Assembly: GCA_001655205.1 (NCBI GenBank)
Contig: LPNZ01006811.1
Coordinates: 60,316-124,315 of the forward strand
Direction: 5' to 3'
Origin: Lenisia limosa
Lineage: Eukaryota > Protista > Breviatea
Length of the DNA stretch: 64,000 nucleotides
The number at the start of each line of letters is the position of its first letter. Positions within the stretch are counted from its first letter, which is position 1. Of the stretch, positions 37,501 through 50,556 are shown in pieces. The position numbers and the translations under genes were made by a program. The notes beneath the pieces are model-generated. The model searched no databases and was not told the DNA's origin. It saw only the letters and a list, made by a program, of their open reading frames with translations.

Positions 37501-37982
37501 ATATCGCACTAATCGTGAAAATTGACAAGTTTTTATACCCCCCCCCCCCAGNNNNNNNNNNNNNNNNNNNNNNNNNNNNNNNNNNNNNNNNNNNNNNNNN
37601 NNNNNNNNATTGTACTAAACACAGATGTTTTGCAATACTACTTTGACGAAGCCGAAAGTATCCGAGGCAACTGCCTTGGTCATGTGGACCTTGAAGGAGC
37701 CCAGGTGAGGAGATCTTTGATCTTATTGTTTAGATTGTCTTGTGCCGCACACCACCAGTCAAAGAGGATCCCAACTGGTTCTACTTTTATGTGGGAGGAT
37801 TGTTTTTTGTTATTTATGCTATAGGTTCAGAGTCAAGGAAAGAAAAAGCTCAGAAGAGTTCTTTTCAAAGCTTCTTCCATCACTGGTTTGTTCCCTTGTG
37901 AACCTTGCTTAATTTCTTAGAACGCCTTGTGTGGACAGATCGAATTGCTCGTGTTATCAGTACGTACAAGGTCAATAAATAG
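34587..37982 (+). CDS. LIM-domain(s) + RG-repeat/polyproline + PH-domain protein (may be two adjacent genes; junction at ~35300-35560 unresolved)
   Basis: LIM: CVRCDKTVYDME...YHKQCYSCLECGMKL...CGIC, plus further Zn-finger parts CFRCPIC and CSHCKT...WVHAEC. A GRGRGRGRGRGRGRG tract and several Pro-rich mini-exons follow. PH: CQGRLYKKGGSNGGLFS...LQYYFDE...CLGHVDLEGA...VLFKASSITERLVWTDRIARVI. Confidence 0.65.
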
Positions 37983-38149
37983 GTTATTTATGTTGGGTTA
38001 TTTGGGCTGTTTCATGTTTTTTCATACTATGTACTTTTTGGGTCTGTTGAATTGACAAAAAATACATTAAAGTCTTCTTAACCATACTACTATACAATGA
38101 AATCAGTGAAACAAAAGAAAAAATTATACACTAAAGACCCCAAGTAACA

Positions 38150-39122
38150 CTATAAACTGGTTGCGGATTCCGTTTGTGATCGGTCCGCTTGTACTAGGCC
38201 CTCCTGGAATAACGATGAGGGAAAGGTGCGTTAAAGGAATAAGAAACATATAACGCATACTCTTGGAAGGGAGGGTGAACGTGCAGGAGAAGCAGGAGGT
38301 GAGTAAAGACTCCTGAAATATAAGTCCAAGGTTCCCCAATAAGAAAAGAAGGTAAAATTCAACATACACAGCCTCCAAGTTGACAGAGTCTTGAGCGCTA
38401 TCTCGTCTGTTGAACTCCAAAGAAGAGTCCAAATCAAGGACAGCTGGTTCAGGCCTACGATGATGACAGAAAGAAGAAGACCAACTTTTCGGGCTCATTG
38501 AGAACAATATGAACATTTTGGGATGAAACTGCTGATACTGCTGTTGGCTCAACAGGATGTAAACTGCTCTGCTTCGGCGATGAATAGGCACTTTCAACCT
38601 CCAAATCTGATGGTTTTGGAGAAAGTGTCTCCGAGTCGAACTGTGACTTCTTGATAATTAATGAAAGAGCAAAGGGTGATGACGAGAGAGAAACGCACTT
38701 TTGAGAAGCCTTCGTCACTATGGTCACTCGTCTCACCAGGCCGTCGGAATTGCTCGTAGCTCACTCGCATTTCTTTCTGTTTCGTTAACATTCCTTTTGT
38801 TTACACAAACTGTTAACAAACTAAAAATGGAATCCCCAAACCCGAGAAAGCCGCTCGCGCCTTCGAAGAGCCGACCTCACAAAGTGACCGGTCAAAACAA
38901 TGGTCTGGTGGTCGGCGGTGGTCCGAACTGACTGCAGATCCCTGTCCCATTAGAAGGAAAATGCAAGACGACTGGATACCTCGGAGGCTGAATATGTTGG
39001 GCTAAAGCAGCAGGGTGAGACGACCGAGGCTGATGCTGCCATTGGTCTAACGTCAGCACCTCAAGCGACTCTCGCGGGTCACTGGATTGGACATCTTCGG
39101 CCTGAAAAGATAATGAGTGCAT
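38150..39122 (-). CDS. Uncharacterised Ser/Pro-rich, probably disordered protein
   Basis: Phase-consistent exons ...RVSYEQFRRPGETSDHSDEGFSK, SQFDSETLSPKPSDLEVESAYSSPKQSS, SLYSPPASPARSPSLPR, EGLVQADRSQTESATSL*. Confidence 0.55.
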
Positions 39123-39170
39123 CCGATCCAATCCGATCTGGGATCGGATCGGATTGGTTGCGATCGGTTG
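39121..39170. promoter_or_regulatory. Cluster of ATCCG/CGGAT repeats forming an 11-bp inverted repeat directly upstream of the orphan gene start
   Basis: CCAATCCGATC (39128-39138) and GATCGGATTGG (39147-39157) are exact reverse complements. The regulatory role is inferred from position only. Confidence 0.45.
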
Positions 39171-39398
39171 CGATATAGTATATATTGTTTAAGTGAAAAT
39201 CAACAGTAAATTATATTAATTTTTTGTGTTTTAAAACCAATTATACTTCCTTTTGACTTTTGTTCAATACATAACTTGTTTTAATAAACCATCTCTGGCA
39301 TTAAAATTAATTAATAGCCAAAAACACATATTTAGTTCGATTCCTGCTAAAGCTTCTTTTGTTTTACCCTAGTATATAGTATTTGCTTTTCTTTTTTC

Positions 39399-39417
39399 AA
39401 CCGATCCTGGATCGGTT
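39399..39417. promoter_or_regulatory. Intergenic palindrome AACCGATCC-T-GGATCGGTT
   Basis: Perfect 9-bp inverted repeat with a 1-nt spacer. Function inferred from position only. Confidence 0.4.
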
Positions 39418-39499
39418 CGCGGTGATACACTAGAGATAATGAAACAAATAAGCCGAGGTCAGCCTTATAAGAACTGGTTCACCCACTGATTTCGGGACA

Positions 39500-41631
39500 A
39501 GTGTGACAAGATCCATTGGATATCGCTTAAACAGTCTCGTAGACACTACTAAGTCAGACAAAAAATACCCCCAAGAGTGCTATCAACCCCCCAGACTCAA
39601 GTACGTGAAACCCATTAGTCCAGAGGCTGCATATAGCCTAAATCTGGTCAGTGCTGCTCAAAATGCCCACAACAAATCAAAAGGTGGAGTCCACTTACGG
39701 GAGGGTTGGAAGACCAATATAGTCTCCCACAACAAAGAGGAAACTGCCAAGAAGACTTCCCATTGCCTGAACCCATGAGAAGCAGCCGAGATCCCAAAGT
39801 CAATGAGACACACCAAACCTCGGCAATAAGGACCATGGACACAACGCCCCCCTGGATTTGACCAAAAAGGGTTGGGTGCGTAATCTTAACGGTTAGTAAA
39901 AGAAAAAATATATCATAACACATATTCTACATAATGATACGTTACTCTAACACCCACCTTTGAGAGAAGACTGTAGATAGCAGGAGCAGTGCCGACCGGT
40001 ATGCCCACAAGAACAACACAGAGGTAGAACAAGGGTGTGGATTTCATGGTCAACGTCACTGCCGCAAAAAGAATAGCCACAGCTGGGCAGGTCAGCAATG
40101 TCTACCCTGGAAAGAACAGGCAAGTTAGCACCAACCAGATGCTAATTGACCAGCTTCGACAACAGGGCGCTCGCCACCCATGATCTTTGATACCCGGGGG
40201 AGGAATAGCGTTGAAACGGCACCAATAAACATGACTAAAGGATTAGAACATGAAGAGTCTGTTTAGATTTGCCTGCCTACGAGCTGTAAGTACCCCGGCA
40301 ATTTCAAGTGAACTGGAATCGAGCTGTTTCCTCATGATAAAGTAAATCTCATACTGAACAATCTAAATGATGAGTTTATTTTCTTATCAAAGCTGCAAAA
40401 TACCCCCCCCCCCCAACTGCAAGGGCTGTTNNNNNNNNNNNNNNNNNNNNNNNNNNNNNNNNNNNNNNNNNNNNNNNNNNNNNNNNNNNNNNNNNNNNNN
40501 NNNCAATAAAGGGGTCCAGTTTCAGAAGCTTCAAGGATGCTACTCTGTCAAGCCACAAAGAACAAAACCATATCAGTGTATGCTATTTCATTGCAAAATA
40601 ACAATTGCCCCCCCCCCTACCGAAAGGATTAACTCGGACCCATTTGACTCCTCCAGGCCTTTTTTCGCTGATTGTCTCTCGACCAAAGACAGCCATCACA
40701 ATGACAACAACAATTCTGATCAGTCAAAGACACACTGAAATAATATCCCGTACCCTAGAATCGCAAGATACGCGCACCAATGATTGACTTCCTTTTCCTC
40801 GGCATTATTAGCTAGGAGAGTGAAAAGAGAGAGGGTATCAGAGACAAACAGGCGAATCCAGCAGCCAAAGAGCCCGTGGACAGCGCTAGCGTGCTGGTGA
40901 AGCCCAAAACTGTCATTGCTGTAACACGTTGTTGTGTGGCTGTAACATCAGACAGGGCGGATCGCGCAGTAAGTTGGCTTATTGCTGTGGTGGTCAGAAT
41001 GCTCTCACGTAATGCGGTTGGACTGCTAAGATGCGAAAAAAAAAACTTTTCGCAAAACCGCTTACTTGAAAGACCCTCAACAGTAGCACTAATGAATACA
41101 ATGACAAGCATTTGTCGACTCAGAAGTAAAGCAATTCCAACCTAAGAATCATAAAAACCTGTTCTATTTTGACACAATATATTTTCGATACCACCATCAT
41201 ATTTTCGTTAACTATTGAAAAGAATAAATACTACCCAGCATACGATTCTCAGAACCGCCCCAAAGCCGCTCCAAATTGCCATTGGCTTCCGTCCCAAAAC
41301 GTCAATTAGCAGTCCCAGGAGGGGATCAAATAGGAACTGTTGTGTGAGTTGAATAAAACAACACACGTTTTCTCATTTTGACTGCTATAGCAACATACCT
41401 GAAGCAGCCTTGACAAAAATATGGACAAAGAAACGATAAAAGTATTTGTAGATAACTCATAGTTGAGCATTTCAAGGATTCTAAGGAATAAGCAAACCAA
41501 CTGAAACGAAACAATCCAAACTTTGGGAGGAAGATAGAGACAGCAAAATAGATAACATTGGCAATGTTGGCTACCAGTATATAAGGAATGCCTTTGGAGA
41601 GCCATTGCTTTGTCTGAGAGGATAGCCCCAT
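39500..41631 (-). CDS. Major facilitator superfamily transporter (TetA/SLC22A18-like; 3' end approximate)
   Basis: Multiple hydrophobic exons. TARSALSDVTATQQRVTAMTVLGFTSTLALSTGSLAAGF resembles the MFS TM4-TM5 loop. Also LFGQIQGGVVSMVLIAE. Confidence 0.8.
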
Positions 41632-42083
41632 GTTGTACCCTAAGAAGGTTGAAGGTTAAAAGAAGCAATGGCATTTAGTCTCACCAATAACAATTGACAA
41701 GAAGACCAGTCAATGAAAATCACAATTCATATTTAGAACTTTAGAACGTGTGAACTTCTACCCAGAGAAGGAATGCGATGATTGGATGCGGGAAAGAGAA
41801 GCAGGTTGGTATCCTGTTTCCGTTTGGTTTCCGTTTTCTTCTCGTTTAGCCTTTTAACCTGTGTTTTAATTGCTCTGAAAAGGGTGAAAAGGGTTGGTAG
41901 CAGGTTGGGAGAGGAGGAAAGAAACAATATAAACCCCCCACACATTGCTTGTTCTAGAATTCTAAGTTCCCTCTTCCTCTCTTTACTCTAGCTTTGTTGG
42001 TGATTTTGCTGCGTGCGCTTCTATTGTTTTAGTAATCCCGGATTCTCGGTTTTTGGTTTTTTTGTGATCACTTACTAATCATT

Positions 42084-43602
42084 ATGGAAGCCTTGTTCCA
42101 GAGTAACCCCCGAAATGTAGGTATTTAAATAATTTATATATGACCATTATTCCTACCAGAAAACAACACCTCCACCTGGTCCCGCCGTGTTCCTCAAAAC
42201 AGCCTCAATTTGCTTCCAGGTGAGATTGGTTTAGGATATTTACATGGCCCATATCAGCAGCGTTCAGGAAATAATCTCTGAAAAAGTAAACACAAAACGT
42301 TGGGGTCACAGTTTTTTGACCCACTAGCGACAGCTAAAACTCCCTCGACGCTCCTTCCCCGCCACTCGTGCGCCTGCTTTCAAGCACCCCACACCGCTAG
42401 CAACCACGTCGCTACAGTATGACAACTTACCCAATGCGGAGATACCGCCGGCCAGTGCCGTTCCAGTGCCTGCTAAAGTATCAAAGGTTCGGGTCACCAA
42501 ACTGATAACATCCATCCCCGCGGCTTGACTTCTCAGGAGCTCGACGCTGTTGAGGACGAAGAAATGCTTCTCGCACCCTCCCAAGAACCCCAGCCCGCAG
42601 TAGAATCGGTAGCCCCACAAACCCCACGGGACCAGGCGCATGCAGCAAAGTCCCCCTATCCTCATGACGTATCGCCTTGTCACACCCAGCTTCAGGACGT
42701 CTACGACCCTTCCGTAATGTACCCCCAGGTTTGTCTTATACTAAGTGTTTTTGTTGTTTCTTGTGAAGTAACGATTTAGTACCCTGTCTATCCCAATGCT
42801 GGATACTCAATTCACCACCCTCATTTACACCCGGTGCGTGAGATTGACTCTTTTTCTTTTACTTAGATATATACATATCATATGATGTGATCTAATTACT
42901 ATATTTTATTCTTTACAATCCAGTCTGCCCCCCTTCCAGTCTACCACCCAGCGTCGCACCCAATGTACTCTTCTCCCCATATGCGAAGGTTTGACCTTGG
43001 CATGATTGCCCTCTCTGATGGTTTTGAGTTTCACAATTCAGTTTGTACCGACCAAGGGAGAGCCATCATTCATCAAGGACGGGGCCCTATTCAAGAACGT
43101 TGGGAGGGTAACTGCTACCAAACCAAATAACCATGGTTAAAATTCCCTTGTTTTGTCACCAGGACCTGTAAGTAGTCCTAACTTCACAGAGAGAGAGCAA
43201 CTGACGTGCTCAATAGTAAAAAGGATGATTTTGAGGAATTGTTGCCCCCTCCAGAGCTACTTCATGGAGTTTCAAGAGACTATGCTAGGTGGGTGACTGC
43301 GTTTTATGTTCAATATTCAACTTATTACACACAATGAGGCTGCATAGTTAAACGCATCAATTTGATATCGAATTAACTCTCCACAGATAACACAATGTTG
43401 TGGTAGCATGTCCAGTTTTATATGATTTAACATTTTCAATGAGGAACCAATACTTGATCAAACCGATTTATATGTGCGGTTGAATGAATGTTGGTAGATA
43501 TCAAATTATAGTATTCATTTGTACTCTATCTTCTTTTGACACACCAGGGGCTTCATGACCGCCTGGTGCTCTAGATTGCAGGAAAATGGCTTCCTCCATT
43601 AG
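42084..43602 (+). CDS. Uncharacterised Pro/His/Tyr-rich low-complexity protein
   Basis: Exon chain with canonical splice sites including YPVYPNAGYSIHHPHLHP and DDFEELLPPPELLHG, ending GFMTAWCSRLQENGFLH*. Confidence 0.6.
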
Positions 43603-43742
43603 TCAAATAATAAATAGGATTGGTACCTTCCACAGCATTAGTGTTGTCATTTTTATATTTCACTATCTCCTCAATGCTGTACGTTCACATACAATTCATC
43701 AAAAACCTATTACTAGTGTACAAGAGAAACAAAACATCCAAA

Positions 43743-46700
43743 CTAATCATCGAGAAGAACATGAGCGCCATGAACACTGACCTAAAAGGTTAGATGATTG
43801 AGAGCATCGCTTGGGGTTGCACCCACCTGTACAACACCGTTGAGACTGCCATCTGGACTGAATAGCTCCACGTTTTGACCCACAATATCCACGCCACTGA
43901 AGAGGCACGAAATACTACATGACGCGAGGCCAACTTCATACGCACAATCCTCAAGAGCTTGGAACACTGTGAAAGCTGCAAAGGTTAATAATCGACCGTG
44001 TTATACTGAAACAAGCCATCCACCACCAACACATGACCATTTCCGCCTCGCTATCCATGAAGTTTTCAAGAGCCTGTTTCAGATCGGAGGTGATCTCAAC
44101 TTCTGCATAGTAAAAAAGTTGGCAAAGGCAGACAAACGTTGATTAAAGGCAAAGATAATTGCATTGTTTCGCGAACATGTCGCATCAATGTGTGGAGAGT
44201 CAATCTCCTCCAAGCCTCCAAACTCAATAGATGCGAACACTCTGCTTTCGTTATTATTGCATTCGAAAAATTTGAGGAGAACACCACCCCTTACTCTTTC
44301 AGAGGCCCGTTTTCAGTTTCCATACTCAGAAGGCTTACGCCGTGAATTTCAATTACCATGTTACCAGGAGGGGGGCTCATGATACTTGCTGTGGGGGGAC
44401 ATGAGTCTATTCCAAGGAGGCAAGACACACCTGGTAGGATCCCAGCTTTGCCGAGTGCTTTGTCCATTGTGTCTGATAGTTCGCGCATCTGTTTCTAAAA
44501 AAGTAAACACTCATACCACAACAAGTATATGTAGTACAATGAAAGGAAAGAGAATAACAACGAATAGCACAGGTGAATCAGTTTTTGAAGCAGCTACAAT
44601 GACAAAATGAGAGCACGAACCTTTTCTTTACTCAAAATGTGATCATCACCTTCGCCAACTTCATGAGCTTCCGACTCCTGGTTATGAGCCTTTTTGTTGC
44701 AAAGAAAAACACCAAAGAACAATACGGATTGAAATTTATGAAGCTTATCAAAATGATAACGTCCTACCATATCCGAAATATCGTCATAGATGTCCTCTAA
44801 CGCAACGTTAGGAAGGGGTTCCTCAGGGGGTGGGATGGAAGGCTGAGGAGACGTTACCTTCACAGGTTAGCAACAAAAGTGAGACCCAACCTGTCGAGGC
44901 TGATTAGACCTTGGCGTTACGCTGATTGTGATTGACGGTTCTGAGTCAGGCTCCAGCTCAGCAGGCTACGGCAATGAAAACAATGATGCTAGTAGCCGTA
45001 CCTGGGCAGAGAAAGGGTCTTGTTGGCCCTGGAAAGGTGCAATTGGCGGTTCGTCGTCAAGATCGTCGAATATGGTGTTCTTCTTTGGCTCCCTCTCGTC
45101 ATCAGTCAAATGTGAGGGCACCGCCATTGCAATTCGCTCCTCTCGCTGTGTCATCCGAAGCGGCTGTGGTTGGTCCGAGTCTGGTGGTCAGTTGGCATGG
45201 GGGGGGGGGGGGNNNNNNNNNNNNNNNNNNNNNNNNNNNNNNNNNNNNNNNNNNNNNNNNNNNNNNNNNNNNNNNNNNNNNNNNNNNNNNNNNNNNNNNN
45301 NNNNNNNNNNNNNNNNNNNNNNNNNNNNNNGTCACTGCGGCGGCCTTGGTAGGCTCCTAAGGAGTTAACGGAACACAGGGACACAAGACGAACCTCCAGG
45401 AGGCGCATTGCCACCATGATAGAACCCTTGACTTCGCCGTCACTGATAAGTTCATACGACGTTTCGTGCTCCTCACTAAACCATCAGTAAGCAATATGAT
45501 GGCATTTATCAGTCTTATGTAACCCCATAATGCTTGTCACACAGGTTAAACCATTTACATCTTTTATGCATATTCATAACACATGGGATAACGCCCCATC
45601 TTCCTCAACCTCAACTATTACAAGCAAACCGTGATAAGTCGGAAAGGTCAACAAGAGCCTTGTAGAGGCCAGAACCGTCTGACGCGAAGACGACAAGTCC
45701 ATACGCCTTCATGAGGGGAAGATGGCTTGGAGGGGGCCATGCAATTGTATGCCTAAATAGTGAGTTACGTTGGACAATAGAGCCACAGCCCTCCACCNNN
45801 NNNNNNNNNNNNNNNNNNNNNNNNNNNNNNNNNNNNNNNNNNNNNNNNNNNNNNNNNNNNNNNNNNNNNNNNNNNNNNNNNNNNNNNNNNNNNNNNNNNN
45901 NNNNNNNNTCTGGTGAAATGGTCACTGACTGGCCAGGAGGCAAGTGGTAGTAAACTCCATAGGATATGGGCTGTCTCATAAGGACAAAAGCAACAGTAGC
46001 AAACCTGTCCAGTTGTGTCAGTTGTAGGAAGTCCTGAAGCAGTGATAACTGATATTTGGGCTTGGCAAGTGGTGCAAGGAGGCATAAGGCTCGGAAGCGA
46101 TGTATTCGGTTCAGTGCGGTAACTCTGGTGGTCCTTATATGACTCCATATCAACTACACTGTCAGCAAAGACACAGACTCAGCCCACTGTCAATCGCCTT
46201 TCTGATCCTGATTTCAGCCTGAGACGACCCGACCCGTGTGTCACTACCAAGTCCTAAAAGATGAGGCTTGTGGAAGACAATCCTCACCTGAAGGCCGTCT
46301 TGACGAGTCGGTGACGTAATCGAATGCAGCATACACTAAGATGTTAAACATGACGGTTGCTTGTCTTACCCCAGTTCGTTGGCTGTCGTGTAACTGCCGT
46401 CATGATGAGGTTGCCTCTTGCTGCAAGAGCAGGCGTGCCATTTGCCGACAGCGTCAGAAGTCGGATTTCAATGGGCTGTAATGGTAAGTAATGTTATGGT
46501 TAGAACTTACCCAGGTGTGCAAAAACTCCATGACTGGCAGCTCCACTGATGGAAGAATGAAGGACACTGTCGTGGATATCGGCTGCGGAGTTGGGTCGGC
46601 CATTCGCTCACTGCGTGAGGGTCCGAAGAGTTTCATCTTGCGGATAAGAGATGGAGGCAAATAGAGGCAAAATAGAAAGAAAGCAGAGCTGTCATACAGG

Positions 46701-49700
46701 TTTAGATGCCACTTCAGGGAAGACGTAACACAGAGCACTTAGGATGACCCAGACAAACGGCCTGCCTTCAGCATCTACTTCCGCGTCCTAAACAGTTAAG
46801 AGGGCAACGATAATCACTTCCTAATCAAAACTCACATTGAAAATTGAAGGCAGTAATGACAATGTCTTGAGGTGGAACTCCAAAATGTTCTCTCCTAGAA
46901 TGTGATATGGTAACCGGTCCTTACCTTCGTTTAATTGCGGTTCAGACGGTACGTTGCCATTTAGTGTGATGTAGTAATGCATAGGCCTAGTGGTGAAAAC
47001 ACGGGAAATTCCTTACTTTGGAGGAAGAGATGGGGCAGTTTTCGGAGAAAGGGGGCTTGGTTTGATTTTTTCCAGATCAGCTGGTGGTTTGAGGGGGATT
47101 TGTGAATGCCGTAATAGCTCTTGTTCTTGACGCACGGTCTTTTTCTAGAAAATTAGTATCGGCGAAAAAGAGTGGGTGACGCGTACTTTGAGAGCATCAA
47201 GCTCATCTTGAAGTGAGTGGATCTCAGACTCTCTGAAAGGTAATAATGCCTCTTCTTCCAAGTTATGAAATTAAAACCCAACCAACAGGTCCATATTGGT
47301 CCATTTCAGCTTGTCATTTGCTTCTACGAGGGTGGTATGTGCTACAAAGTTAGAACCGCACGAATATGCCCAATAGCCAACAATTCGATCGTGCTTGAAA
47401 CGTTTGTGTGCTCTGAAGTTGCAACGCGCGATTCTCCTCCTTGACCATGAGGAGCCCAGAATCTCAATACCTACATTAAGAGTGTCCAATTGCCGCTGCA
47501 TTTGCCGCCGAACTTCCTCGTGGCGTGGCACGTGGCCTTCGCGTTGTCTGTGTTTTCATAAGGCCCAATTTTGTGTGAGACTCACCGTTTGACTTCCGCC
47601 ATTGCTTCAATAAGGTCTCGTGAAGGTCTCCCTCCTGTTGGGTAAGCCCCCAAATTGTACAAATTTCAAAGTAACCATGTAAATAATACACGCAATTACC
47701 TTCAAGACCCGCTTCAGCCATTGCTGTTTCAGCGGCTGCAACCTTGTCACGTGCGGTAAACAGATCATTCTAGAAGGCTAATTAGCCACAACGCTATAGA
47801 GGATGTATAAATACTCACAACATTATGCTTGTATATTTTATTGTACTACTACTAATATATGTGTTCACGGAACAACTTATCGTGCTTAATGGTGTATCTT
47901 TCCATCATTTTTTTAGAAGACTATTGCTCATAGAGTATATCCAGAGGCCCAGAAGTAACAGCCACTCACCCTCAATTGCCGCATTTCGTCCCTAAGGCTA
48001 GTATTTTCATTGCCAAGAGCCACAAGTTTGTCTCTCAATTCCCTAATCCATAAACAAACGAACAATGTAGAATTGGGCTTCAAGGCAAGTCAGCCTACTT
48101 GGAAGCCTGGTCTGCCTGCCCAAGTGCGGATTGGAGCTCCTTGTTCTTCGCTACCAAGCTGCCTATTTCTCGCGAATGTTCATTTGCCAGGTTGTCTACC
48201 CCCTGGAAGGCCTTACTCTAAAACGGTGACAAACAGTTTCTTATCACACTCACATATAAACGATCCCGTTCCTCTTCCACGGCTTTTTTGTCGTTTCTTA
48301 GATCCTCAATAAGAATGTTCAGCTGAAAAGGTCAGAAATGACTAGGTTACTTTCAAGACCCACTTCCATGACTCGATCCACTGAAACTTGCTCTATGGCT
48401 TTGGCATGCTCCAGTTCAATAACCTTTCGCAGTTCCTTGATAGATAAGTATACCGCATAAGCCTTACCTCCCGCAGTTTTGCTGTTGTTTCTTCTTGCTT
48501 TTTGATGAGGTTGCTATGATTTTCCTAGTGCATGTAAGAGAAGATGTTACGGAGCCCACGCCGCTCCACCCCCTGCACCCACCTTCAAAGCTGTGAAATG
48601 GGCATCCATGAGACTTATCTTGTTCTGCTGGGAGAGAACCAAAGCAGACTTCTCTCGCAAGTCTGCCTGCATACTGCAAATATTAGATACCAACATTTCG
48701 GTTGCTCCCACCTTGACAGCATTTCAGGGTTTATGGGACCTTGGGCGGTCTCTCGAACCCTAGTGAAGGTAAAAGCAAATGGCTAAGATGGTCATGTTCC
48801 AATTTCAACCCATCATACACATTCTGGAGATGTGAAATTTCATCTTTCTGATCTTCTAGCTCTTGGTGTGCCTGAACAAGCCGGTCACGGAGTAAATGAA
48901 TGACAGCCACGCTACAAGATAAGAATTTACCTAAACGTATCTTTCAAAAGAAAAAGAGCTAACTGATCTGTATTGGGCTGCTCAGCTCTCTCAGAGGTTT
49001 CAATGTCCTAGGTGTAAGAAATAGACCAGATCTGGATATTATAGTATTCTCATCAACCTTCCATTACCTCATGTTCTGGATAGTCAACATGGAGTGGAGG
49101 AACCTGTAATATTACTTTGGAATACGATGGAAGAAGAGAAATGATGTTTCCCAGCGCACGGCTGCTGGTGGTTTGGAAGGCCGTTTGGGGCTCGCTTGGC
49201 GTCTTTGAGGCGTGCTTCCTCGCGGGGTAGGCGGCCGCGAGGGTCGTCCCTTTGGAATAAAGATAATTTATTAATTGACAAGGATTATTCCGACCTTCTC
49301 AAAGAGTAATGATATCCAATAATAATAATAGTGAAAAAAAAAAAAAAAANNNNNNNNNNNNNNNNNNNNNNNNNNNNNNNNNNNNNNNNNNNNNNNNNNN
49401 NNNNNNNNNNNNNNNNNNNNNNNNNTTGAGCTGCTTACCGTGTCGGTTTTAGATCGTACATGGTCGTAGTTACTGACCCGTCTGCTTCGTCCTGATTGCT
49501 GTTCTGATACCACCGTACGGAAATAGGTCACCTTTAACAGGTTACAATAAGCACCAGGAGCCCGTAACTTTTCAGCACTTAGCTGTATTTAGCTCATTTT
49601 GCATTTAGCAAAATATTTTAGCTAAGTACTTTCTTAGTATTGCAGCTAAATCCTACTCGATAGGTGGATTCAGCTAAATACTTTTTGTTTTTTCTCTTCA

Positions 49701-50556
49701 TCTAAGAAGCTTTTACATCTCTTTATCTCTTAATACAAAGCTTAAATATAGTACGTAACGTTTTAAAACAGCGTCAGGCTTTTATTTAGCTCCAAAACCC
49801 CCAAAAATGGCGAAGTACAAAATGAGCTAAATACAGTTATGTGCTGAAATGTCACGGACTCCTGCAACTCCAGACAACATAAAACAGATGAAGCCCACCT
49901 TGTCTTGAAGTTGGCCGTTTTTGAGCTTGAGTGATCTAACTTGGTGTCGTAAATCCTCAATCAAATTCTCAGTCTCAACATCTCTCCGGCGGATGACTGA
50001 GGTGATAAAGGAAAAAAAAAGGAATCAACGAATAACAGCAAAATCGCAGTTTCATAACCCAAAGTAAGGATACGTAGTTCAATCTTCAAAACCCAAAAAA
50101 ACTTAAGAAATATAAATATTTATAGAGTATTTATAAAATGTAGTGGACGCTGTCCCAAAACCCTGCACAAACCTCTTCCTCCTTCTTCAGACTGTTGGCG
50201 CTTCAAGTCGGAGGTTAATCGAATTAGCTTTGTTGCAAGTCTATTTGTTCAATTAATTGTAACATAGTTAATGAAAAAGTTTAGCTGGGAGAAAGAGAGC
50301 ACAATAAACCAACGCAAACCTCTTCAGGTGGTCTTCCTGTTCAGCAATATGGCATTTAAGTCCTTGATTTTCATCTTTAAGTGTCAAATACTTATCTTCC
50401 AGTGCTTGAGCAGATGGAAGGTCCCTCCTTGTGTAGATCTGCTCACCAACATCTAAAAAAGGTCACAAAAATCATTCATTTCCTTCCCATACGTTGATCT
50501 TTGGGTGGGTAATAACTTTCTTCAACAGGAGGAGCCCAATTGCTATTTCTCTGCAT
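43743..50556 (-). CDS. RPGRIP1L: RPGRIP1L/Fantom (MKS5/NPHP8) ciliary transition-zone protein: coiled coil + C2 domains
   Basis: [42 protein letters not shown] and RRRDVETENLIEDLR closely match the remembered human N-terminus ([36 protein letters not shown]...RDVEMEEMIEQLQ). Also a C2-like ISVITASGLP segment and a C-terminal RID-like segment EVGLASCSISCLFSGVDIVGQNVELF...GVVQVSV. Confidence 0.88.

Noticed and set aside
39335-39344. B-box-like GTTCGATTCC suggesting a tRNA or SINE
   Set aside because: There is no T-stem pairing, A-box or cloverleaf, and the motif is compatible with chance.
45480-45520. vWA-like IILLTDG motif
   Set aside because: It lies in an intron or off-frame of the RPGRIP1L C2 region, and there is no MIDAS DxSxS motif.
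50066-50073. U12-type donor GTATCCTT inside an RPGRIP1L intron (minus strand)
   Set aside because: A single ordinary GT-AG intron gives a gap-free match to the remembered human sequence. The 8-mer is expected by chance a few times in 128 kb of both strands, and another copy lies at ~59855 outside any plus-strand gene.
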